From positions 310,001 through 374,000 of the forward strand of contig NC_043015.1 in assembly GCF_006345805.1 (NCBI RefSeq): 64,000 nt of DNA, read 5' to 3'. The notes beneath the pieces were generated by a model. The model did not search any database. It saw nothing but the letters and a program-made list of their open reading frames with translations, and was not told the origin of the DNA. Positions within the stretch are counted from its first letter, which is position 1. Every line of letters starts with the position of its first letter. Below, piece after piece: positions 1 to 13,800 of this stretch. The DNA is from Octopus sinensis (lineage: Eukaryota). Both the position numbers and the translations under genes were made by a program.

Positions 1-131
1 TGATGATGTTGTTGATGATGACGAAGATGATGATGACGAAGATGATGATGATGATGATGATGATGACGAAGATGATGATGACGAAGATGATGATGATGAT
101 GATGATGATGACGAAGATGATGATGACGAAG

Positions 132-163
<32 letters not shown>

Positions 164-256
164 GAAGTTGATGATGATGATGATGATGACGAAGATGATG
201 ATGATGACGATGATGATGATGATGATGATGATGATGACGAAGATGATGATGACGAA

Positions 257-294
<38 letters not shown>

Positions 295-383
295 CGACGA
301 AGATGATGATGACGAAGATGATGATGATGACGAAGATGATGATGATGATGATGATGATGATGACGAAGATGATGATGACGAAG

Positions 384-415
<32 letters not shown>

Positions 416-568
416 GAAGTTGATGATGATGATGATGATGATGACGAAGATGATGATGATGACGATGATGATGATGATGCTGATGATGATGATGATGATG
501 ATGATGACGAAGATGATGATGACGATGATGATGATGATGATGACGATGATGATGATGATGATGATGAC

Positions 569-618
<50 letters not shown>

Positions 619-643
619 CGACGACGAAGATGATGATGACGAA

Positions 644-677
<34 letters not shown>

Positions 678-724
678 CTAATGTTAACGATGACGGCGAC
701 GATAATGACGATGATGGCGGATGA
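1..724 (+). repeat. (GAT)n trinucleotide tract with GAC/GAA/GGT/GTT interruptions
   Basis: Direct reading. Phase is conserved throughout, and the GGT...GAAGTT marker recurs at 149 and 401 (252-bp period). Confidence 0.95.
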
Positions 725-794
725 TTCTTAAAGTCGATTTCCACAATACGGGTTTTAACTGCTCACTCTACCTCGAACTGTTTATCCATCCTTT

Positions 795-900
795 CAGTGG
801 TTCCCAAAGTGAGCAGTACTGCCCACCCCGCTGAGGGCGGTGGAAAGATCCGACGGCGTGTTGAAGAAAAATGGGGTGATAATGTTGTGGCCCAAAGTGG
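795..900 (+). mobile_element. Probable hAT (Charlie-like) MITE left end, truncated
   Basis: Begins CAGTGGTTCCCAAAGTG, a typical hAT/Charlie terminal sequence. No partner TIR seen. Confidence 0.4.
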
Positions 901-964
901 GACGATGGATGTAAAAACATCAAAATAATTACTTAATTAGGTTAAGTATTATTTGTGCCGGCCG

Positions 965-1013
965 ACCTCGGGCCGACCAAAGCCTTGTGAGTGGAAACTG
1001 GAAGAAGCCCGTC

Positions 1014-1058
<45 letters not shown>

Positions 1059-1265
1059 GGGGGGGTGTTTGTGGGTGTGTCTTTGTGTCTTTGTTTTTGC
1101 CCCTGCCATCACTTCACAACCGATGTTTGAGTGTTTACGCCCCCGTAACTTAGCAATCCGGTAAAAGGGTCCGGCAGAGTAAGTACTAGGCATACGAAGT
1201 CCTGGGGTTGATTTCTTCGACTAAAAAACTGGTCGCAGTCAAATGTGTGCAACAAGTAAAAGAAT
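965..1265 (+). mobile_element. SINE family A, head-less copy
   Basis: Matches body and tail of the family A copies (cctcgggccgaccaaagccttgtgagtgg ... internal TA/TG tract ... aacaagtaaaag). Confidence 0.85.
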
Positions 1266-1272
1266 ATATATA

Positions 1273-2121
1273 CAGAGTGCGATGTGTAAATTGTCCTCAT
1301 TTTACATGTTAATTTCGCACATGCGCACTATTTGACTTTTATTTTCTCGACTACGCAGTATACTAGGGTCAGTTGGGCACCGTCTGTGAGAAAAACAGCA
1401 TGATGATGCAATTCACTCTGCCAGAAATTTAGAAATGTCATGCTGTACTGCTTGGCATTCCCACCGGAAGCTCCTATAAGAATATTTAGTAATCTGAGGA
1501 CACATCGAGAGTGAGAAATATCAGACATCCAGTTAACCTCATGGTGTTTGGAGTGACCACTAGTGATGGCAACGTCATGTTTCCATTAATCTTCCCACAT
1601 GGCCTCAGACTCAACACGGATGCCTACATCAAGTGCCTGGTGGAGGTAATGCTTCCTACATCAAGTATCTGCAGGAGGTAGTCAACAGTGGCTGCCGGAA
1701 GACCCTATGTCAGGCAACAGGACTCTGCACCATGCCACACAAAACAGCAGAATCCAGTCATGGCTGTCAGACAATTTCTGTGACCAAATTATCTCTAACA
1801 TCTGTCCACCTAACTCCCCATACGGCAACCCAGTTCATTATTATAAGTGAGGCGCATTTGAGCAAGAGACCAACAAAAGTCTTTGTAACACCAAAGATGA
1901 ACTGAAAGCAATGATTATGACAGCATTCACCAACTTAAACAAGGAGACCGCCCGAAGAGTTACAGGTGATTCCGAAGTCCTCTGGAGTCTGTAGTTGAAG
2001 TAAATGGTGATTTATTTAAATAAATATACACTTTAGTATTTCAAGATATGTTAAAAAGAGATGTCAGTTTTATTTTCATTTTTGCATAATATATAGACGA
2101 CAATATATTTACCACACCCTG
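1273..2121 (+). mobile_element. Decayed, internally deleted Tc1/mariner-superfamily transposon, DD37D (maT/Bmmar1-type)
   Basis: Imperfect TIRs (cagagtgcgatgtgtaaattgtc / gacaatatatttaccacaccctg) flanked by TA. Transposase remnants HPVNLMVFGVTTSDGNVMFPLIFPHGLRLNTDAYIKCL and QQDSAPCHT...PPNSPYGNPVH; after correcting one frameshift, 37 residues lie between the 2nd D and the (mutated) 3rd D position. Confidence 0.85.
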
Positions 2122-2144
2122 TATATACATATATACATATATTC

Positions 2145-2515
2145 TTTTCTGTATTCTTTTATTTGTCTGCGGCCATGCTGAAGCACTGACTTTACTCGAT
2201 CAAATCGACCCCAAGAATATTCTTTGTAAGCTTAGTACTTATTCTCTGGGTCTCTTTTGACGAACCACTAAGTTACCAGACGGTAGCACACAAACATTGG
2301 TTGCCAAGCGATGGTGAGGGGAACACAGATACACATACACATACATATATACATACATTTATATATATATAAGGCTTCTTTCCGTTTCCGTCTACCAAAT
2401 TTACTATAGCCCGAGGCTATAGTAGAAGACACTTGCCCAAGGTACACGCTGTGGGACTGAACCCGGAACTATGTGGTTAGTAAGCAAGCTACTTACCACA
2501 CAGCTATTCCCGCTC
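2145..2515 (-). mobile_element. SINE family A, near full length
   Basis: Reverse complement of the tRNA-like head (B box ggttcagtccc), core-like ccttgggcaagtg, internal microsatellite and tail. Confidence 0.9.
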
Positions 2516-2527
2516 ATATATACATAC

Positions 2528-2577
<50 letters not shown>

Positions 2578-2625
2578 TATATATATGTATATATATTATA
2601 TATATACATGTGTATGGGTATATAA

Positions 2626-2663
<38 letters not shown>

Positions 2664-3345
2664 GCAGTTTATTTAAAGCAGAAGTGGAACATCTTGATGA
2701 ACGTCGTATCGATATATTTGTTTAAATCACTTTAAAATTTCAAATACATACTTACATATGTTTGTAAGTGTATGGAGAGAAGAGGGAGAGAGCGAGAGAA
2801 GGGAATAAATGAGTAAGAAAGAGAGAGAGAGAGAGAAAGAGAGGGAAGCGTGATTCCGACATCTCAACATTTCAGATTAAACAAACACTCCAGTCATCTC
2901 TTCTTATCGTCCTTGCCAACGTATAATGTATTTGTTGAATTATCTCGCTTCAACGTCATCCTACACCGTGCGTATATGCAGGCGTGTGTACGTGTATAGG
3001 TGTAAGTGTGTGTAGTGAATGCGAGACAGAAGGAGAGAGAGAGAGAAAGCGAAAGATAAAGATAGAGAGAGATTGTGTTAAGTCTCTTAATGATTCAGTA
3101 TCAAAAATGACTATCCTGACTAATTACAGTGATAAAATCACAAACAAAATTGGATCAAATCCTTTTTAACAATGGCCTCGCTAATTACAGTTTTATTTAA
3201 CAAAAGCTACAAAACTACTTTACACGAAATAATAACAGCAATACGCTATCTATTCGGGTAGATACAAACATACATATACGCATACAAAGGCATACGGTCG
3301 CATATAAGTACGTATGAATACGCACGTGAATTGCTACATAACTTT

Positions 3346-3346
<1 letters not shown>

Positions 3347-3432
<86 letters not shown>

Positions 3433-3567
3433 GACAGTCTGTCTATCTATTTAACATTCTATCTATTTATCTATCTATCTGTCTCTATCGCTCTCTCTCT
3501 CTCTATCTATCTGTCTATCTATATATCTATCTGTCCATCCATCCATCTATCTAACTACCTATCTAAA

Positions 3568-3644
<77 letters not shown>

Positions 3645-3677
3645 GTCTGTCTATCTATCTATCAATGTATCTACCTA

Positions 3678-3733
<56 letters not shown>

Positions 3734-3785
3734 ATCTAGATATTTATCCATCTATTTGTTAATCTCTCTACATATCTATCTCTCT
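3347..3785. repeat. (TATC)n / (TC)n compound microsatellite
   Basis: Direct reading. Confidence 0.95.
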
Positions 3786-4259
3786 ATTTATTTAGCTTTC
3801 TATCTGTCTTCGTATGCGAGTTTCTCTCTCTCTCTTTCTCTTTCGCTCTCTCTTTATACATAGATTTACGAGTGTGCCTGTGTGTATGTGTTCTTATGTG
3901 TTTGTATTTATATGTGTGTGTAATTGTGTCTTTGTATATACATATGTCAGTATGTATGTTTGCATCTGCATTAATATTATGGCGGAGTGGAAATACCTCA
4001 AGCAACAGATCCCCTAAATAAATGATACGATAAGCACTAACTTGGAAATAGGGAAACGAATTGACTTGGAAGAGACAAGGAAAATATGTTTTTTGTTAGA
4101 TGGAAATGCTTGAGCATATTGTCAATGTAAACTAGAATGTCACTGGTGTTTAAGGAAATATAGGAAAGACAACGCATATATTTCCATCGAATTGAATCTC
4201 TTCAACACACACGCACACACACGAATGTATTCATGTTTGTATGTATATATATATATATT

Positions 4260-4347
<88 letters not shown>

Positions 4348-4454
4348 ACGAATAAAAACAAAAGACGAAGACTGGTGGTGTATAAAACAGATAGATATAT
4401 CAGTATAACGCTCAGGAATAGAAAAAGTCTTGCCAGGCGTGCTATCGATTCACA

Positions 4455-4657
4455 TTTTTCCGACAAAGGCAGCTGGCGTGAGGTGGAGATGCATCGATTA
4501 CATCGATCCCAGTATTCAGGTGGTACTTATTTTATCGATCCCGAAAGGATGAAAGGCAAAGTCGACATCAGTGGTATTTGTACTCGGAATGTAACGATGG
4601 GCGAAATACCGATAAGCATTTCGTCCAGCATGCTAACGATTCTGCTAGCTCACCGCC
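4455..4657 (-). mobile_element. SINE family B (Nin-like central domain)
   Basis: Reverse complement of ggcggtgagctagcagaatcgttagc...gcctttcatcctttcgggatcgataaaataagtacc. The central block resembles the Nin domain as recalled. Confidence 0.85.
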
Positions 4658-5601
4658 TTCTTAATAATAATAATAATAATTTGATTTTGTAAACGAACAA
4701 TTTGAGGAGTTTGTTTTAATGATCTATCATTGAAGACAGTGTGTTTCTTTGCCCCAAGTGTCGAGAAGACACTCGGCAATAAATGGAAATAAAACTGAAA
4801 GAAGAGAAATTTATAATGATATCAGAAAGAATCCCTTATATACACTAACTGCTATTAAATATACACTATTACATATTATGATATATACAATTTCATAATA
4901 TACTATTATATATTATAAGCAGACGCCTAAATAATTTATCGAATATTTTACCTTTTTGTTTTAATACAGATGTCAAGGTTCCAAACGATTAAAAAGACCA
5001 CATTTGACCATTGGAATTATGCTGCGAAATTGTGAAGGCAAAAAAAAAACTCGAAACGTGAGGTATATTAAAATACATCGTTTTAGTCTTTTTGTTTACG
5101 TTACAAGAAATGAAGTATTGGATAAATAATTCTTATTCTTTGCTAACATCTCTCCCCAACCACTCACGCACACAGACACGCAGGCACACGCACACACAGG
5201 CACGTATTATAAGCGCGTATTCTATGACTAAACCACTAAAATGCAATTTTACGTACATGTGTGTGTGTGTGAGTGTGAGTGACTATGTGAGAGAGAGAGA
5301 GAGTGGGGGGGTCAGAGACGTACTCGGGTTGGTGACTAAGGGCGCAGTAACAGCACTTACAGTGAAGGACGCCTGGTTTTTGATGAGGCATCCTTCTAGG
5401 GGAAGGCTAACTTGTATACGAGACCCACTGATCTACTGAACCGGATATCTTGCACTTTGCAGTGTTCATGGGCTTTCTGGTATTGCAAGTGGGTCGTTGT
5501 CGTGTTCTTCCAAGTCGCACTCGACTACAAACCGTTGCACTGGCATTGGTGTCACTTCCAGTCAGCAATGGTCATCGACATACAGCGAGTATATAGGCAT
5601 C

Positions 5602-5644
<43 letters not shown>

Positions 5645-5790
5645 ATATATATATATATACATACATTCAAACACAGACAGACAGTCAGACAAACATGTAT
5701 TTCTAATATATAAACACATATATATATATACATACAAACATATATATATATATACACACATAAAGACTTATATATATATATATATATATA

Positions 5791-5821
<31 letters not shown>

Positions 5822-6050
5822 AGTATTTATGTGTGTATATATATATACACACATATATATCATAGATATGCGTATGTATGTGTTTGTGTGTGTGTGTGTG
5901 TCTGCATGTGCCTGTGTCTGTATGCGTCTGTGCGTAACCGTATATATATACCTGCTTACACATATATATATATATGTATATGTATATGTATATGTATATT
6001 TATATGTGTATATATATATATATTATATATATATATATATTATATATATA

Positions 6051-6084
<34 letters not shown>

Positions 6085-6426
6085 GTTATTTTATTTCTAT
6101 TCTGCTATTTGATTTTGTTGCTAATCTCTTTATTGTTGCGATGTAGGTGGTCTTGCAAAGCAATGTAGTGAAGATATTGCTCTTGTTGTTGTTATTGTCT
6201 TTATTAAAGTTTTTGTTGCTGTTATTGCTGTATGTGTGCATGTATGTACGTATGTATGTACGTATGTATGTATATACGTACATAGATATGTATGAATGTA
6301 TATGTATATATGTATGTATATACGTATATATATGTATGAATTAGGTGGGTATGTATGTGATTATGTATGTATTCGTGCACGTATTTATGTATGTAGTATG
6401 CATATATATAAATATGTATGTATGTA

Positions 6427-6574
6427 GACGTAGGAGTGGCTGTGTCGTAAGGAGCTTGCTTGCCAACCACATGGTTCCGGGTTCAGTCTCACTGCGTGGC
6501 ACCTTGGACAAGTGTCTTCTACTATTGCCTCGGGCCGACCAAAGCCTTGTGAGTGGATTTCGTAGACGGAAACT
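6427..6574 (+). mobile_element. SINE family A 5' half, abutting the family E element
   Basis: gtaggagtggctgtgtcgtaag (A box) ... ggttcagtctc (B box) ... gtagacggaaact. Confidence 0.9.
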
Positions 6575-6860
6575 ACGCATATGGCGTAGTGGTTAATAGC
6601 GCGGGCTACTATTCCCAAGATTCCGAGTTCGATTCCAAGCTGTGACCTGAACACCAACAACGACAACAATAACAATAACAATAATAATAACAACAACAAC
6701 AACATCGAAAAACACCTTAGGAATGAGAATCCATGTTCGAAATTTCCCCAACACCTGAAGAAGGCTTGGCGGGTATATAAGCCGAAACATTGTGTTAACA
6801 AGAAACAGGATGAGGACAAATATCCATCGAATGTAAGTAATGTAAATAATATAAATAATA
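6575..6860 (+). mobile_element. tRNA-headed SINE family E carrying a hammerhead-ribozyme fold
   Basis: A box TGGCGTAGTGG 6582-6592; B box GAGTTCGATTCC 6625-6636; (AAC/AAT)n linker; hammerhead at 6750-6796; TGTAAATAA-type repeated tail; TACGCAT at both 6574 and 6861. Confidence 0.75.
6750..6796 (+). ncRNA. Minimal type I hammerhead ribozyme (Penelope-like-element type)
   Basis: Stem I AACAC/GTGTT; core CTGAAGA(A) 6755-6762; stem II GGCTT/AAGCC; GAAAC 6784-6788; then ATT (presumed decay of GTT). Predicted cleavage after 6791. Confidence 0.7.
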
Positions 6861-7228
6861 TACGCATGCCTTTCGTACATACGTATTTTGAATGGCAAAC
6901 TTTGTTAATTTGACAACAAGATCAAGGTGAGCTATGATTGGCTGTATGCAACTGAGTTCATTACTGGGGTCCAGAACTCTCGTGGGGAAAAAAAAATTAG
7001 CCGGCGGGCAAAATGCTTGGCAGCGTTTTATCCGTCTTTAAGTTCTGAATTCAAATTTCACCGAGGTTGACATTACTTTTTAATAAAATATGTAACAGTT
7101 GGGCATTGGGGTCAATATAGTCGACCTGTCCCGCCAATAATTAGCAACAATAAGAACGATAGCAGCAGTTGCAACAGCAACATCTGTTGCAACAAAAACA
7201 ACACCAGCAAAAGCAGCAGCCACAGTGG

Positions 7229-7600
7229 AAGCGCAATGGCCCAATCGTTAGTACAGCGGACTCGCGGTCGGAGGATCGCGGTTTCGATTCCCAGACCGGG
7301 CGTTATGTGTGTTTATTGAGCGAAAACACCTAAAAGCTCCACGAGGCTCCGGCAGGGGTGGTGCGACCCCTGTTGTACTCTTTCGCTCCAACTTTCTCTC
7401 ACTCTTTCGTCCTGTTTCTTGTCCCCGACTTCCTACACAACCGCTGAGCCTGGATGCGCATTCATCAATCCGTCGATGCTCTCGGTGTCGGGGGTTGACC
7501 TGCTTTCTCTTCTGCGGGTCTTACGAATAGCAAAGGACCACGTTTCGTACTTCTCCCATCTTGCGAGCTCTGGGACGAAGACCGTTCGCTCAACACCAAC
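7229..7600 (+). mobile_element. SINE family C (tRNA-Arg-like head) with long 3' region
   Basis: gcgcaatggcccaatcgttag...gactcgcgg...gtttcgattccc head. The same head occurs at 41809, 55980, 59105-59325(-) and 63195-63410(-). Confidence 0.85.
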
Positions 7601-8029
7601 AAGAACCTCAACATAATCATCCACACCGTTAATACCATCAGCAGTAAACTGCGTCGGTAAAAACAACAGCATTCAAAAGTACTAGCCACAACCCTAACAA
7701 CTACAACAACAAATGAAACCAACAATAGTAGTAACACACAGACAATAAGTCTTGGGGTCGATTTGTTCCACCAAAAGCGGTGCTCCAGCATGGCCGCAGT
7801 CAAATGACTGAAACATGTAAAAGAATATACGAATAAAGAAAAAATTGCGATTGTGTATATAGAGCTACATTAAACAATGTGCAATGGGCATTTTTTTTTT
7901 TTTTGAGGCTGTTGCGTACCATTTGGGCAACATTAGGTTGCTATTTCTAGCAAGTGGAAATCACTGAGCCGTGTTTCTCAATTGTGGTTATTCTACTCGA
8001 TATTTTGACACATGGAAAGATGAAAAACA

Positions 8030-8327
8030 ATACTCTTTTAATCTTTTACTTGTTTCAGTCATTTGACTGTGGCCATGCTGGAATACTGCCTTATTCTTTG
8101 TAAGCCTAGTATTTATTCTATCGGGCTCTTTCACCGAGCCGCTAAGTTACGGGGACGTAAACACACCAGCATCGGATGTCAAACGATGTTGGGGGACAAA
8201 CATAGACAGACAAACATATACACATGCGTATATACGACGGGCTTCTTTCAGCTTCCGTCAAACAAATCCACTCATAAGGCTTTCGTCGGGCCGAGGCTAT
8301 AGTAGAAGACACTTGCCCAAGGTGCCT
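8030..8327 (-). mobile_element. SINE family A, head truncated next to the Helitron
   Basis: Tail tacttgtttcagtcatttgactgtggccatgctgg through acttgcccaaggtgcc. Confidence 0.9.
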
Positions 8328-8332
8328 ACAAA

Positions 8333-8721
8333 TCTCTATATATTATATAAAGCTGAAGTTGTCTGTGTATGGCAAGTTTGACAGCCTTCAACTAACACTA
8401 TCTCCTCCGAGACCCTGCGGCGCAAGTTGACCAATATTGAGAGTATGATAGAAGAAGGCTTGCTCTTTCTTTCGTAGAAGAAAAAATTCTATCGGACCAT
8501 GTTAACACCAAAAAATATTTACATCAAAAAGGTGCTTTTTTCTATGAAAATCCGTTTTTTACGATATTTTTACTTTTCAAAAATTCTAAAGGGTCGAAGC
8601 AAAAATATTTACATCAAAAAGGTGCTTTTTTCTATGAAAATCCGTTTTTTACGATATTTTTACTTTTCAAAAATTCTAAAGGGTCGAAGCAAACCCGAGC
8701 AACGCCGGGCGATACTGCTAG
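8333..8721 (+). mobile_element. Non-autonomous Helitron
   Basis: 5' TC after A; subterminal GC hairpin CCCGAGCAACGCCGGG 8694-8709; 3' CTAG 8718-8721 followed by T; no TSD. Confidence 0.85.
8511..8690. repeat. Perfect 90-bp tandem duplication inside the Helitron
   Basis: 8511-8600 is identical to 8601-8690. Confidence 0.95.
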
Positions 8722-9329
8722 TTTATTACAAATATAGAAAGTTAGTATTCAAAATATTTTACTCATGATTCTTTAGAGGGCTTCCGAGTCTAGCAGATGT
8801 CTTGGAGAAAAATGTACCGTAATTACGATATTTCACCGAATGCTCGCAACAGATTGGTCTCCACGAAAGCCATCTGCCATGCCAGTTGATAGTGATAAAC
8901 AGTGTCACGGACTAAACCCCTTGTAATACAATATACTGATGAACTAATTCCTGAAAACATTCAAATATTAGTATGGCTATTTGGGTAGTCTGAAATTCTA
9001 TTTCTATAAATCAGGAGAAAACCTTGATACACCTGCCAGGCTACGCCTAGATATACCCCTATATCTAGTGCACTGCCTGACAATCAATGGTGATGGGTTC
9101 CTGTTAGAGTTGTTCTTTATTTTGCTTTCTGACGTTTCATCAAATTGTATTTTCCGTCGCGACCCCGATCAAAAAATTTAAACTTTGTAAAAGTTGATGG
9201 GGTCAATTGAGGTCAAGTTACTGAAAATATTATTGAGTATAAATTGTTTGTTTTGGGTTTCGTTCGCTTATTGAATTAGTGTAGTAAAGACTATAGAGCA
9301 CACTTAGTACCGAGTAAACTGAGTCAGAG

Positions 9330-9584
9330 TTAAAGAAGCCTCTCGTATATATGTATATATATATAGATGCGTGTGTGTGTATGTTTGTGTGTCTGTGATT
9401 GTTCCCCCAACATCGATTGACAACCGATGTTGGTGTGTTTACGTCTCCGTAACTTAGCGGTTCGGTAAAGGAGAACCGATAGAATAAGTACTAGGCTTAC
9501 AAAGAATAAGTCCTGGGGTCGATGTGTCCGACTAAAGGCGGCGCTCCAGTATGGCCATAGTCAATGACTGAAACAAGTAAAAGA

Positions 9585-9585
<1 letters not shown>
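9330..9585 (+). mobile_element. SINE family A 3' two-thirds
   Basis: aagaagcctctcgtat ... actaaaggcggcgctccagtatggccatagtcaatgactgaaacaagtaaaag. Confidence 0.9.
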
Positions 9586-9642
<57 letters not shown>

Positions 9643-10341
9643 TATAATATATATAAATATACATGTGTGTGTGTGTGAAAAATGCAAAACAACACATATG
9701 TATGTTTAGATATTCTTTTTACCTTTTTTTCCCTTTTGTTTTAATCGGACAGGATAAGTGTTTTATGAAAGATTTTGATTAAGAGACGTTTATAAAATAG
9801 CACCAGTTTCCATGAGTATGTCCATCTTATCATATACTAAAAATTCAAAGTCATGAATTAGGAAATTAAAATTGAAAACTTAAACTTAGAAAGTCAACAT
9901 TTTATTTTCATATTCTGTTCATGCGGTGCACCAGCATGGCCGCAGCCTTAAAGCTGAAACATAAAAGAATAAAAGAAAAGTTAATACATGTTCTTAACTT
10001 TCCATGGAATATGAAAACGAACTGTTTTCATTTCTAATAATCATACATACACACACACGCACACACACATAGCGGCACACGCACGTGGTATATATATATG
10101 GGCCTTTTCATCACGTTGAACCGTCAAACCCTACAGGTTTTTTTTATATCATTTCGTCTTTTTCGCTCTCTCTTCATTCCCCCCCCCCCTGAATCATTTC
10201 TATCGAAACGTTAATGATTTTTCCATTCTCCCCGAGCATCAAACTAATACACCTATTTATCGTTCCTTTACTTGTCTTCGTTTTTTGATTTCTGTATAAA
10301 AGAAGGATACATATATATATATATATATTATATATATATAT

Positions 10342-11087
10342 ATACTCTTTTACTCTTTTATTTATTTCATTCATTTTGACTGTAGCCATGCTGGAGCACC
10401 GCCTTTAGTCGAGCAAATCGGCTCCAGGACTTATTCTTTGTGAGCATCTTTTGAGCATCTTTTGATGAACCGCTATGTTACGGGTACTTGACCCACCCCC
10501 ACCCCTTGGTTGGCAAGCGATGTGGAGGACACACACACACACACAAAAACATATACACACACATGCATATATATATATATATAGATAGATAGCTAGATAG
10601 ATTGATAGATAGATATACGACGGGCTTCTTTCAGTTTCCGTCTACCAAATCGACTCACAAGGCTTTGGTTTGCTCAAGGGCTAAAGGAGAATACACTTGC
10701 CCAAGGTGTCACGCAGTGGGAATATATATATATATTATTTGTTTCAGTCATTTGACTGCGGCCGTATTTGCGCATCGCCGTTACTCGAACAGATCAACCC
10801 CAAGACTTATTCTTTCTAAGCCTTGTACTCATTCTATCGTCTCTTTGGCTGAACCGCAAAGTTTCGTGTACGTGAACATGCCAACATCGGTTGTCAAGCG
10901 ATGTTGTGGTGACAAACAGAAACACACATACGACGGGCTTCTTTCGGTTTCCGTCTACCAAATCCACTCACAAGTCGGGCCGAGGCTGTAGTAGAAGACA
11001 CTTGCCGAAGGTGCCATGCAGTGGGACTGAACCCGGAACCATGTGGTTGGTAATCAAGCTATTTACCTCTTAGCTACTCCTGCGCCT
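10342..11087 (-). mobile_element. Two adjacent SINE family A copies (10342-10720 and 10735-11087)
   Basis: Both show tail, internal AC/AT tract and body; the second retains the tRNA head. Confidence 0.85.
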
Positions 11088-11120
11088 ATAATACTACTAC
11101 TACTACTACTAATAATAATA

Positions 11121-11155
<35 letters not shown>

Positions 11156-11184
11156 TTAATAATAATGATAATAATAATTACATA

Positions 11185-11236
<52 letters not shown>

Positions 11237-11259
11237 ATAATATATATATATATATATTA

Positions 11260-11360
11260 TACCGGAGTAAACACATAAATGTGAAACAGTGGAAAAAACA
11301 GTACACATATACCGGTGGTAGAGTATATGCTTTATTTAAAGCAGCAGAAAATTACTTTAA
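11260..11360 (-). repeat. Fragment of repeat family P3 lacking the ribozyme part
   Basis: Shares ctttatttaaagcagcagaaaatt with 14430-14455; embedded in (TA)n. Confidence 0.55.
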
Positions 11361-11378
11361 ATACTTTAAATAAAGTAT

Positions 11379-11479
<101 letters not shown>

Positions 11480-12114
11480 CAGGCGTATGTATGTTACGTT
11501 ACAAAATAAACACGGCGATGTTGAAATTTCATAGTTTGCAATTTAGATATTTCTAAATTTTTTAGAGGTTTATTTTGATTTGTTGCGAGCAATAAAGTTC
11601 CTAAATTCATATTCGACATTTCTAGACCTTTACATTGTTGGGATATTTCCCGTTGGGCTGTAACTTTTCAACATACAGATACGTATATATATATACACAC
11701 ACACATATATAGTTAAATGAGTAGCAGATTTATAGAACCATGAATCTATCAGATGAAGCTTCTCTTACAGACTCGGCTACCAGTGCACATAGTAATCAAT
11801 TATAAAGAAGTGTCACGTAGTGTCCCTGACGCTGAAAATCCAGGTAAGTATGAGTGTGCGTGAATGCGCGCGTGCGAGTGTCCTTCTGTGTGTGTGTGTT
11901 CGTGTGCGCGCGCGTGTGCGTATGCAAATAGCCAACATGGTAATGAGAGAAAGGATGAGGAAAATAGTTCTCGGCCAGGTGATGGGAAGCGAATCATCGA
12001 TCACCTGGACACTTCACTAACTCAGTACTGCACTACTGACCTGAGTTTGACATTTTTATATTCTTTTTGTAAGCTTTATATACATATACACATAAAGTTG
12101 TATATAAATATCTG

Positions 12115-12170
<56 letters not shown>

Positions 12171-12475
12171 TTATGTATATACATATTGATATATATATAT
12201 AATATATATATATATAAATATGCATGTATATATATGTATGTATGCTTATAGATATATATGTATATATATATAAATTAACCATATATATATATTATATATA
12301 AATAAATAAATACATATATATAATACATATATATATATATATATATAAACGTATTCATATACGTATCACGTATTATACTTTTATAGGTTTATAGTTATCC
12401 ATATATTATATATATGTGTATATGTGTACGAGTGAATGCATATGCATACATACATACATACATACATACATACAT

Positions 12476-12523
<48 letters not shown>

Positions 12524-13159
12524 TCATACATACATACTGTACGCACGCATAAAAATAGCATTAAAAATATAGTCTCCAATGACTGCGTCAGCAATAAACA
12601 ATAAATGACTTAAGAAAGGAAGAATGAGTTTGTGTTGAGGGTGTGAGTGAGAGGATAACGTGTGTGTGTGAGGGTAGAGAGGTGACGGTAAGTAATGACA
12701 GAGATGGCAAAGGTGTTAAGTGAAAGAGAGAAAGAGAAAGATAGGGCGGAAGAGAATAAGTGAGAGCTGTAACATTATAAAAGGTAAACAAATAAACGAG
12801 GAAACAACACCTAACCAGGAGCTAAGCTCACATGAAATTTTCGGGTTTTTAGAGCGGCAAAGACAGGTGAGAGCATATTTCGAAACAGTGTATGAGAAAG
12901 GACTGTTTGACATTGAGATGGATAATGTGAGAATGGAGTTGTAATTATAAACATAAAGACAAGAAAGCGAGAGAGAGCAAAAAAAAGAATAGAGAAAGAA
13001 TATGGAGTGGGATGGGGGTGAGGTGGGGGTGGGTGGAGGAGGGAAATGCTAAAAAGGGACGGAAAATAAAAAAATGAAAGGCTTAGGGTGCTTGAGTTAG
13101 GTGTTTATGGGTTGGGGAGAGACCGACCTGGAGAGAAAGGGGAGGTGGAGGGTTAGAAT

Positions 13160-13800
<641 letters not shown>

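Noticed and set aside
3-731. 242-aa poly-Met ORF
   Set aside because: Translation of the (GAT)n microsatellite.
6575-6650. Functional tRNA gene (also the SINE A, C and D heads)
   Set aside because: A/B boxes are present but there is no convincing acceptor stem, and each head continues into a repeat body.
13009-13043. G-quadruplex motif
   Set aside because: Matches the pattern but lies in purine-rich low-complexity sequence with no functional context.
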